Source: a virus
Lineage: Duplodnaviria; Caudoviricetes
Direction: 5' to 3' (one strand)
IMG/VR virus record: IMGVR_UViG_3300021431_000084
DNA length: 64,000 nt
Shown: one piece after another, positions 20,107 to 26,865 of the stretch
Position numbering within the stretch: position 1 is the stretch's first letter
How the letters are laid out: each line of letters opens with the position of its first letter
Notes under the pieces: generated by a model
Told to the model about the DNA's origin: nothing
The model's input: the letters and a program-made list of their open reading frames with translations, nothing else
Database searches by the model: none
Translations under genes and position numbers: made by a program

Positions 20107-20159
20107 TTCTCTAATTTAATATGAAAATTATATTTTTGTTTCTATTTTATTTCGCCCAA
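20107..20159 (-). promoter_or_regulatory. candidate late/phage-sigma promoter
   Basis: TTGGGC...TTTTCATATTAAATTAGAGAA; similar motifs at ~2628-2648, ~2900-2951 and ~31602-31654. Confidence 0.45.
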
Positions 20160-20166
20160 CGAAAAA

Positions 20167-20193
20167 AGGTGGGATTGATTAAACAATCCCACC
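20167..20193 (-). terminator. intrinsic terminator
   Basis: GGTGGGATTG/CAATCCCACC hairpin flanked by A/T tracts. Confidence 0.7.
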
Positions 20194-20215
20194 CAAAAAA
20201 TTTTTTTATTTAAAT

Positions 20216-20683
20216 TTAAAAATATCTTTCTAATGTTTCTTCTGGTATTTTCAAAACCTCACCAGTTTTCTTATCTCTTCTCTCCATACTTAAAATTTTA
20301 TCTGTTCCATCTTCATCTTTTCCTATTAGGAATAAATGATTATATTTATTATTAAGAATAGTATTATTTATTATACATTTACCTTTTGTAATAAAATTAT
20401 GATTAGTAAAAAACCATTGTCCCCTATCATACCAAACCAACTGTACATCAAACAAATCCCACATTGGATCAGAATAACCCCAACATACCGGTCGCAAAGT
20501 ATTAATATCAATTACCATATCGCTTGCTTCTTCAACAAGAGGGATATTATAATCACTTTCTTGAGTTCTTGAGAATTTTACATATTTACCATTTCTAATA
20601 ATATGAAGATTATAAGGTGCCTGTCTTAAAGTTTCAAACCAATCAATATCACTTCTCATAAAATTAGCAATTAATGATTCCAT
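20216..20683 (-). CDS. degenerate T4 Rnl1-like RNA ligase N-terminal homolog
   Basis: W...L...PY.L.I.R.G.YV.F....SD...P.V.EA..........VC resembles Rnl1-like N-termini; no KxDG motif seen. Confidence 0.45.
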   Translation of the reverse strand: MESLIANFMRSDIDWFETLRQAPYNLHIIRNGKYVKFSRTQESDYNIPLVEEASDMVIDINTLRPVCWGYSDPMWDLFDVQLVWYDRGQWFFTNHNFITKGKCIINNTILNNKYNHLFLIGKDEDGTDKILSMERRDKKTGEVLKIPEETLERYF

Positions 20684-20875
20684 ACTTTTTACTCCTTTTC
20701 TATCATCTATATATATTATATCATAAAATTGAAACGTTGTCCATAGAAATTTTTTATTTTCACTATATTTGCTCTCAAAATTTTGAAGAGCAGTTTTTGT
20801 TCAGGACACGGTTCTTCGTTTGGGTGCGGTGCAAGCAAAACAAAATAAAAAAAAGGGAAGATATTACATCTTCCC

Positions 20876-21091
20876 TTAATTTATCTTCTTAACCAAATAT
20901 GTCGACCAAGAGCCAAAGTCAGAATAGGTTTCAGAAGGATCTGTTTCACTTATCCAACTTCGCCAATACTTTGATACTGTTTTAAACTTTTTTTGAATTG
21001 CTTCTTGTGCGGCCTTGTAGGCGTCCTTCTCAGTGTTGTAGTCCCCGAGATGCTCACGGCGGCCCGCACGCTCAAAATATATCGATATCAT
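20876..21091 (-). CDS. hypothetical protein (DFGSWS family)
   Basis: start trimmed to MISIYF after GGAG RBS; upstream extension overlaps an ncRNA. Confidence 0.65.
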   Translation of the reverse strand: MISIYFERAGRREHLGDYNTEKDAYKAAQEAIQKKFKTVSKYWRSWISETDPSETYSDFGSWSTYLVKKIN

Positions 21092-21134
21092 ACTTATTCT
21101 CCTTTTGGTCAAAAAGTTCCCCAATGCGGTTTTA

Positions 21135-21288
21135 ATCTTGAAGATAAGGATTTGCACCTTATATAGCAATACTATTTCAACTATGGATTCGTGTTGTCGT
21201 TTCACCAACATCGGTTTAGTTTCCTGTCTTTTCGACAATCAATAATTGCCTTACCTTTAAGCGTCTACATATTCCGCCACTTCAAGAT
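21135..21288 (-). ncRNA. tRNA-scaffold RNA copy 2
   Basis: ATCTTGAAG/CTTCAAGAT acceptor, GCGGAATATGTAGACGC D-arm, ATAAGG-TGCAAAT-CCTTAT T-arm, ~85-nt insert. Confidence 0.8.
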
Positions 21289-21291
21289 ATT

Positions 21292-21368
21292 TGGGTGGAT
21301 AGACTGGACTTGAACCAGCAACTACCGGTTCCACAGACCGGGGTTCTACCTATTGAACTACTAACCAC
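21292..21368 (-). tRNA. tRNA-His(GTG)
   Basis: cloverleaf, G-1, CCA. Confidence 0.9.
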
Positions 21369-21373
21369 ATATT

Positions 21374-21585
21374 TAGATACAGTATAACTCGGCGCGGTTT
21401 ACCACACCACAAAAGTTAAGGTTAGCAAAATACTTTGCCCATATAGAACTGGCAATTGAATTACGACACGATACATTCAGGATCAGACTCAGACACTTCC
21501 GTGCGCTTTAGCCAAATGTACGATTCAACTCTATACGAAAATCGTTCGCCTCGGTTACCAGCCATTAAACGCCATACTGTATCTA
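21374..21585 (-). ncRNA. unknown ~210-nt structured RNA
   Basis: 11-bp closing stem TAGATACAGTA/TACTGTATCTA, internal hairpins. Confidence 0.55.
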
Positions 21586-21627
21586 CTGGTGACAAGTTTT
21601 TGAAAAGATACCTGACAAACTTTATAG

Positions 21628-21772
21628 TCTTGAGGGTAAGAATTTGCATCTTACATAATACACTTTCAGCATTGGTTTTCATCACTTGCATACGGTAAGT
21701 CAATGTTATGCCCACAGGACGTTGTGTATCTTCCCATCTTCATCAGCGTTTACCTATTCCGCCACCTCAAAA
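21628..21772 (-). ncRNA. tRNA-scaffold RNA copy 3
   Basis: TTTTGAGG/CCTCAAGA acceptor, GCGGAATAGGTAAACGC D-arm, GTAAGA-TGCAAAT-TCTTAC T-arm. Confidence 0.8.
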
Positions 21773-21776
21773 TATT

Positions 21777-21868
21777 TGGCGATGGTACTCAGACTCGAAC
21801 TGAGACGTCGCTTACACGACTACTCATGGTTTAGCAAACCACTGCCTTACCATTAGGCTTATACCATC
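21777..21868 (-). tRNA. tRNA-Ser(GCT)
   Basis: long variable arm, CCA. Confidence 0.9.
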
Positions 21869-21987
21869 ATTAATGACAGCGACTGCACCTTGTACTTCGG
21901 CATCGAAACTGTTAAATGGTATCGGTGTCGTAACCCCGTCTCCATCAAACCCTTCCGGTTTTCTGCACTCTTTAATTCTCACTTCCT

Positions 21988-22063
21988 TGGCAGCCGCGAA
22001 AGGAATCGAACCTTTATCTTCTGGTTCAGAGCCAGATATACTGAGCCTTTATACGACACGGCC
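21988..22063 (-). tRNA. tRNA-Gln(CTG)
   Basis: cloverleaf, CCA. Confidence 0.9.
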
Positions 22064-22087
22064 ATTTTAGAAAGAGCAAAGCCCTTT

Positions 22088-22579
22088 CTACTTACTATAC
22101 TTATTAGCAATACCACTTGCGGTATAACTATAAGGCTTAATCAAACAAGTGTAACCGCAAGCAGTTACCCACTTTGTGATTTCATTTATTAACATAGAAG
22201 TCTTTCCATCTTGTCCAATATCACAATGAATTTGGAAAGTTAAGTCGAGATTATTTATATCAATATCGTATTCATATAAAGCCAACTCTAACTTGTCAAC
22301 CAAGCCATTAGCAATCTCAAGACTTCTTGATGTTTCGGTACTGATTTTTTGCTTCAAATTAGAAATTTTACGCATATATTCTATATTATAGAAATATATA
22401 CCACCATGACCTAATCTGTGTACCGCTATAACCTCAACCATTTTTGTTTGTCTGTGGTTTTGGCTATCAGTACCAACAGTGAACTCATAAGTTGCATTAG
22501 GTTGGTCAGCGATGTACTTAGCTATCTTGTTAATAATCTGATCTTCAGTCATTTCTTGACCAGAAGCTGACCTAAACAT
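22088..22579 (-). CDS. RNase H-like YkuK family protein
   Basis: VGTDSQ, ET.RSL, IHCDIG, KP.SY.AS..A motifs. Confidence 0.85.
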   Translation of the reverse strand: MFRSASGQEMTEDQIINKIAKYIADQPNATYEFTVGTDSQNHRQTKMVEVIAVHRLGHGGIYFYNIEYMRKISNLKQKISTETSRSLEIANGLVDKLELALYEYDIDINNLDLTFQIHCDIGQDGKTSMLINEITKWVTACGYTCLIKPYSYTASGIANKYSK

Positions 22580-22607
22580 GACAACTTATCTCCTTTCGTT
22601 TTTGTTT

Positions 22608-22684
22608 TGGCACACCGGGAGGGATTTGAACCCATTCATCGTGCGGTTTTGGAGACCGCTGTTTTACCGTTAAACTACCAGTGC
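22608..22684 (-). tRNA. tRNA-Trp(CCA)
   Basis: cloverleaf, CCA. Confidence 0.9.
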
Positions 22685-22690
22685 ATATTT

Positions 22691-22766
22691 TGGTTGGAAG
22701 TGTGAGAGTCGAACTCACCGCAACCGCTTTATAAGAACGGCCCCATAACCGCTTGGGTAACTTCCA
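22691..22766 (-). tRNA. tRNA-Ile(TAT)
   Basis: loop CTTATAA, A73, CCA. Confidence 0.85.
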
Positions 22767-22775
22767 GTAAATAAA

Positions 22776-22886
22776 TGGTGCACGAGGTAGGACTCGAACC
22801 TACACACTACCCATAGTATCTAACATATACCGCGAATCTAATATTAGACTTGTGGGTTAGCCGTCTTCCTGTTGCGGCACTCGTCC
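22776..22886 (-). ncRNA. tRNA-like RNA with branched, expanded anticodon arm
   Basis: acceptor, D, T arms and CCA intact; two hairpins replace the anticodon loop. Confidence 0.7.
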
Positions 22887-22892
22887 ATAAAA

Positions 22893-22977
22893 TGGTGGGC
22901 AGGGTGAGTGTCGATCTCACTATTCCCGAAGGAGTCGGATTTACAGTCCGATGCAGTTGCCGATTTGCTACCTACCC
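22893..22977 (-). tRNA. tRNA-Tyr(GTA)
   Basis: long variable arm, CCA. Confidence 0.9.
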
Positions 22978-22981
22978 GTAT

Positions 22982-23055
22982 TGGAGTCGCATACGAGATT
23001 TGAACTCGTACTGTCAGTTTGGAAGACTGAAGTGCTACCATTACACCAATACGAC
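22982..23055 (-). tRNA. tRNA-Gly(TCC)
   Basis: cloverleaf, U73, CCA. Confidence 0.9.
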
Positions 23056-23065
23056 TTATAATAAT

Positions 23066-23242
23066 AAAATTAACTTAATCCTTTTGTGCGGTCAGGTCTA
23101 CGATTGGTATCCGCACTTTTTGCTACCTGAATCCTGTTATTGTTTGTCGAACCATTTTTTACAACCTTGCGCCGCAAGGCGGACTCTCTCTCACTTCAAT
23201 CCGGAACTGTACATGTCAAGTGAGAGTGACATTGTTAATTTT
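23066..23242 (-). ncRNA. unknown ~175-nt structured RNA
   Basis: closing AAAATTAAC/GTTAATTTT, hairpins CTCTCACTT/AAGTGAGAG, CCTTGC/GCAAGG, GTGCGG/CCGCAC. Confidence 0.55.
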
Positions 23243-23244
23243 AA

Positions 23245-23318
23245 TGGTAGCTTCACCGAGATTCGAACTCGAATAGACAATCTTATGAGAATTGTTTGGG
23301 AACCAAACCCATGAAGCC
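23245..23318 (-). tRNA. tRNA-Met/Ile2(CAT), atypical D-arm
   Basis: loop CTCATAA, CCA. Confidence 0.75.
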
Positions 23319-23342
23319 ATATCTCTTATTTTCTATATATAT

Positions 23343-23371
23343 ATTATAACATAAAAAATTAGAGTTGTCAA
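23343..23371 (-). promoter_or_regulatory. sigmaA promoter for RNA operon
   Basis: TTGACA-17-TATAAT. Confidence 0.8.
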
Positions 23372-23411
23372 GGAAAATTTAAAGGGCCAACACTAATTGC
23401 GCGGCCCCCGT

Positions 23412-23486
23412 TGGAGTGAGTAACGGGATTTGGACCCGTGTCCCTGCCTTGGCAAGGCAGAATAATAACCACTATACGATACCCAC
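23412..23486 (-). tRNA. tRNA-Gly(GCC)
   Basis: cloverleaf, CCA. Confidence 0.9.
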
Positions 23487-23493
23487 ATTTATT

Positions 23494-23571
23494 TGGTGCT
23501 CGCACAAGGATTCGAACCTTGGACCCCTTGCTTGTAAGGCAAATGCTCTCGACCAGCTGAGCTATGCGAGC
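23494..23571 (-). tRNA. tRNA-Val(TAC)
   Basis: cloverleaf, CCA. Confidence 0.9.
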
Positions 23572-23576
23572 ATGTA

Positions 23577-23673
23577 AATGACGCTTTAAAGCCTCCCATA
23601 GGCGATTACAAATTAAATGGCTTGTAATATAAGAATCGAACTTATTGTTAATTTGATTTGCTGTAAGCGTCAT
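23577..23673 (-). ncRNA. Y-RNA-like RNA A (YrlA-like topology)
   Basis: TGACGCTTACAGCAAA...AAGCGTCATT handle enclosing T-arm, closed stem and D-like arm. Confidence 0.7.
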
Positions 23674-23684
23674 AAAAGAAGTTA

Positions 23685-23782
23685 AATGACCCGAAGTGCT
23701 ACGGGATTCGAACCCGCAATGTTTGATTAGCAGTCAAATTGTTTACCATAAACGAGCGTTTTGATTTGCTGATAAGGGTCAC
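23685..23782 (-). ncRNA. Y-RNA-like RNA B carrying tRNA-Ser(GCT)-like body
   Basis: TGACCCTTATCAGCAAA...GGGTCATT handle enclosing D-arm, TTTGA-CTGCTAA-TCAAA and GCGGG-TTCGAAT-CCCGT. Confidence 0.75.
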
Positions 23783-24058
23783 AAAAAAATAAATTGGGGG
23801 AGAGGGAAGATAGGCGTTCCCCAACGCAATAGTTCCCTCAGGTGGGCTCTTTTTTACCCGCATCACCCAAGTCCGGAGCGGTACATTGACGGCTGTCCGC
23901 AAGCCTCTGGTGGGGATTTTGAAGTATCCCTAAACTTTAGAATGAGAGAAGTTAAGTTCAAATTTGATATTACGATACTGCCCCGCACCTTTTGGATAGT
24001 ACTCTCCAAATGTTCTTCTCTATTAAACTATCACAAATTTGATACTTAAAGTCCTCGT

Positions 24059-24138
24059 TGGTGGAGGATACGGGCACCGACCCCGTCTGAATTTTCTGCT
24101 TGCAAGGCAGACGACCACTCCGAGCAGTCCCATCCCCC
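24059..24138 (-). tRNA. tRNA-Ala(TGC)
   Basis: G3.U70, CCA. Confidence 0.85.
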
Positions 24139-24144
24139 ATAATG

Positions 24145-24204
24145 AATGACGCACATAAAAAGAGATTTCAGGTCTTTTTGTTTTTGCTTTGCTGTTGGCG
24201 TCAT
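24145..24204 (-). ncRNA. Y-RNA-like RNA C (minimal)
   Basis: TGACGCCAACAGCAAA...TGCGTCATT with a single hairpin cargo. Confidence 0.7.
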
Positions 24205-24222
24205 ATAAACTAAGTAAAAGTA

Positions 24223-24298
24223 TGGTGGGCCATAGAGGACTTGAACCTCCAACCTTCAGATTAAGAATCTGCTATTCTACCGATTGAATTAATGACCC
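24223..24298 (-). tRNA. tRNA-Lys(CTT)
   Basis: cloverleaf, CCA. Confidence 0.9.
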
Positions 24299-24306
24299 AT
24301 ATAAAA

Positions 24307-24678
24307 TCAATTATCTCTAAAGTGCTTTTCTGCATGACAATTTGCACATAATAATTGGCATTTATCTATTTCTTTATACATTGGTTCTATATCATAATGA
24401 CCTCTATTGTATAAAGCCGCTATTTCAAAATCTTTTTCATTTTCATCTATATGATGAAATTGAAGTGCTCCTATACACTTATTATAACCACAAATTTCAC
24501 ATTTTCCGCCTTTGTATTTAACAAGTTGTTTTTTTATAGCATGACGAATTGCAGTAATAGAAGCCGCTCTTGATTTATTATCATTAAAAGAAGGACTACA
24601 TTCAAAGCAATATTTTCTACTTTCACCATGTGATTTAGTTTCAAAATCTGCTCCACATATTATACATTTCTTTGTCAT
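24307..24678 (-). CDS. HNH endonuclease
   Basis: GGKCEICGY..C..ALQFHH.D...LLCANCH..H. Confidence 0.85.
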   Translation of the reverse strand: MTKKCIICGADFETKSHGESRKYCFECSPSFNDNKSRAASITAIRHAIKKQLVKYKGGKCEICGYNKCIGALQFHHIDENEKDFEIAALYNRGHYDIEPMYKEIDKCQLLCANCHAEKHFRDN

Positions 24679-24692
24679 AATAATTCTCCTCT

Positions 24693-24768
24693 TGGTGGTC
24701 AGTGTTGGTTTCGATCCAACCTCCTATGCTCTTCAGGCATATGCTTTCACCAGATTAGCTTACTGACC
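24693..24768 (-). tRNA. tRNA-Phe(GAA)
   Basis: cloverleaf, CCA. Confidence 0.9.
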
Positions 24769-24775
24769 ATGATTT

Positions 24776-24852
24776 TGGTGCCCAAGACGGGAATTGAACC
24801 CGTAAAACCCTGATTTTGAAACAGATATCTATGCCAATTCGATTACTCGGGC
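24776..24852 (-). tRNA. tRNA-Leu(CAA), short variable loop
   Basis: loop TTCAAAA, A73, CCA. Confidence 0.8.
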
Positions 24853-24857
24853 ATAAC

Positions 24858-24933
24858 TGGCAGGTCGTGCAGGACTCGAACCCGCAAATACGGAGTAGAA
24901 ATCCGAGGTTTTATCCAGTTAGACTAACGACCC
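24858..24933 (-). tRNA. tRNA-Arg(TCT)
   Basis: cloverleaf, CCA. Confidence 0.9.
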
Positions 24934-24940
24934 ATATGCT

Positions 24941-25024
24941 TGGTATCCGTGGAGAGACTTGAACTCTCATGCCGCGAAGCACTAGATCCTTAGTCTAGCG
25001 TGTCTGCCATTCCACCACACGGAC
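24941..25024 (-). tRNA. tRNA-Leu(AAG)
   Basis: loop CTAAGGA, long variable arm, CCA. Confidence 0.9.
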
Positions 25025-25135
25025 ATATAATGTCATTTGCTTTCTCACTCGCAAGTGGTTTGATGCTAACTGCCAATGACTTGACGGGGAGTAGGTTTTC
25101 ATCTCCCGTGAACTCCTTGAAGTCCACCCGCTATT

Positions 25136-25211
25136 TGGTGACGCGTGCCGGACTCGAACCGACATCTCCAGCTTGAGAGGCTAGCCACCTATTCCATTAG
25201 TAGAACGCGCC
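25136..25211 (-). tRNA. tRNA-Glu(CTC)
   Basis: cloverleaf, CCA. Confidence 0.9.
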
Positions 25212-25263
25212 ATGTATTAAAGATATTTCCACTTAAAGCCATAAGCAGATCTGTATGTTTTAC

Positions 25264-25337
25264 TGGTGCGGGTAGGGAGAATCGAACTCCCATCTCAAGT
25301 CCCCAAAGCTCGAAGTCTTCCTTTGACCTATACCCAC
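25264..25337 (-). tRNA. tRNA-Pro(TGG)
   Basis: cloverleaf with a 31-39 mismatch, CCA. Confidence 0.8.
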
Positions 25338-25344
25338 ATTTTGA

Positions 25345-25503
25345 TGGTTAACATCTTGAATATCATAAGAATATTAAACTCTCGCAAGCTTGGTTAATGC
25401 ATCGTAGTAATTCGCCATAATTTTTCACTACTCTTTCATTTGGCGTCCGAACCACTACTTGTTTAATATTTCAAGCACCTTATGATACTCAAGATGCTAA
25501 CCA
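25345..25503 (-). ncRNA. ~160-nt rod-shaped RNA (6S-like shape)
   Basis: 25-bp closing stem with G.U pairs on minus strand, bulge, 10-bp stem, internal loops. Confidence 0.65.
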
Positions 25504-25510
25504 GTTTATT

Positions 25511-25586
25511 TGGCACCCCCGGAAGGACTTGAACCTTCAACCTTTCGGTTAACAGCCGCTTGCTCTACCGATTGAGCTACGAGGGT
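25511..25586 (-). tRNA. tRNA-Asn(GTT)
   Basis: cloverleaf, CCA. Confidence 0.9.
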
Positions 25587-25624
25587 ATATTCGGAGCCGT
25601 TTAACGTCATTGCTCAGGACGCGT

Positions 25625-25699
25625 TGGTTGCAGAGGTGGGAGTCGGACCCACTACTTCAAGGTTATGAGCCTTGCGAACAACCGTTGCTCTTCTCTGCT
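25625..25699 (-). tRNA. tRNA-fMet-like (CAT)
   Basis: 1:72 mismatch, ends GCAACCA. Confidence 0.85.
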
Positions 25700-25723
25700 A
25701 TATCTCTTACTTTTTACATATAT

Positions 25724-25752
25724 ATTATAACAAATTTTTTCAAGTTTGTCAA
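25724..25752 (-). promoter_or_regulatory. sigmaA promoter for RNA operon
   Basis: TTGACA-17-TATAAT. Confidence 0.8.
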
Positions 25753-25773
25753 TAACGATTTTTTTAACAAGTT

Positions 25774-25847
25774 TGGCAGCCGTAATAGGATTCGAACCTA
25801 TAACTGTGGTTCCAAAGACCATCGTGTTGCCATTACACCATACGGCC
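25774..25847 (-). tRNA. tRNA-Gln(TTG)
   Basis: cloverleaf, CCA. Confidence 0.9.
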
Positions 25848-25855
25848 ATTACAAG

Positions 25856-25932
25856 TGGTGGGTTTGAGGAGACTTGAACTCCCGCCCCTCTGATTAAAAG
25901 TCAGATGCTGCTACCAACTGAGCTACAAACCC
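25856..25932 (-). tRNA. tRNA-Lys(TTT)
   Basis: cloverleaf, CCA. Confidence 0.9.
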
Positions 25933-26029
25933 ATAAGGTATAAGTACAAACGAAGAAGAAAAAGCGTGAAAAAGAACTATCGTTTGTTGAGTTACTTTTA
26001 TGAAAAATAAGTGAGGTACGAGATATTGT

Positions 26030-26114
26030 TGGTGCGAGTAACGGGAGTTGAACCCGTATGAATTTCTTCGATGAATTTTAAGTCCATTGTGTATGCCAAT
26101 TCCACCATACTCGC
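26030..26114 (-). tRNA. tRNA-Leu(TAA)
   Basis: variable arm, CCA. Confidence 0.9.
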
Positions 26115-26138
26115 ATATTGGAGAGGGCGTGAGCCCTC

Positions 26139-26540
26139 TCAAACTTCATTTATTATTACTGTACCTGAGCCAAAGCAAATTATATGTCTTTGTCCATTTT
26201 CATCATCAAAAAGTATTTGATTTTCTTCATACTCAACATCAAACTTGCCTTGATATTCCTCAATTATATCGCCATTAGCATCATATACAATAACTTGTCT
26301 TTCAATACCACCATTGAAATTGCTGTCCTGTGTCTTTAATGCTCTTGCACCATCTTCGGTATTATGGTAATACCAAGCAGTACCTCCCCATAAAGTAGCA
26401 GTTACTATAAAAGTAACAAAGACAGAAATTATCGTTCCAATAAAACTACATTCATCATAGGCTGTATATGCAATAAAAGCCCCCAAACCTACAATACAAA
26501 ATGTAAATATTAAACAAAGAACAACTGCTCCAAGCGTCAT
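26139..26540 (-). CDS. membrane protein (two TM helices plus beta domain)
   Basis: hydrophobic N-terminus; R...VYD.NG.I...Y.GKFD. Confidence 0.7.
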   Translation of the reverse strand: MTLGAVVLCLIFTFCIVGLGAFIAYTAYDECSFIGTIISVFVTFIVTATLWGGTAWYYHNTEDGARALKTQDSNFNGGIERQVIVYDANGDIIEEYQGKFDVEYEENQILFDDENGQRHIICFGSGTVIINEV

Positions 26541-26779
26541 AGTAAGCCATTCTCTCTTTCTTCGGCAACCTGTTGAGAAACAACAGTAAACATCTGATCA
26601 AAGAAATGAACCGGATCTACACCATGCTTCTCACACCAAGTATGTACGGTTGCACAAATGGCCGCAGCCAATCCAGTATCGGTTTTATACTTTTCAATGA
26701 TTCGAGTTAATTCATCAAAATTCTCGTAATCAGGAATAAACATATTCATTAACAACTTACCAAAATCGACATCGTTCAT
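26537..26779 (-). CDS. hypothetical protein
   Basis: 80 aa ORF behind promoter at 26817-26845. Confidence 0.6.
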   Translation of the reverse strand: MNDVDFGKLLMNMFIPDYENFDELTRIIEKYKTDTGLAAAICATVHTWCEKHGVDPVHFFDQMFTVVSQQVAEERENGLL

Positions 26780-26865
26780 AGGTATTAAACCTCTTTCTTA
26801 TTTTTCTTACATATATATTATATCATTTTTTTTCTTGTTTGTCAAGAAAGATTTTTCTGTGGAGA

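Noticed and set aside
21456-26278. Short ORFs overlapping tRNAs and ncRNAs (e.g. 21461, 22844, 22850, 23368, 23699, 24046, 25652, 25894)
   Set aside because: They overlap clear RNA genes, lack RBSs and have non-protein-like composition
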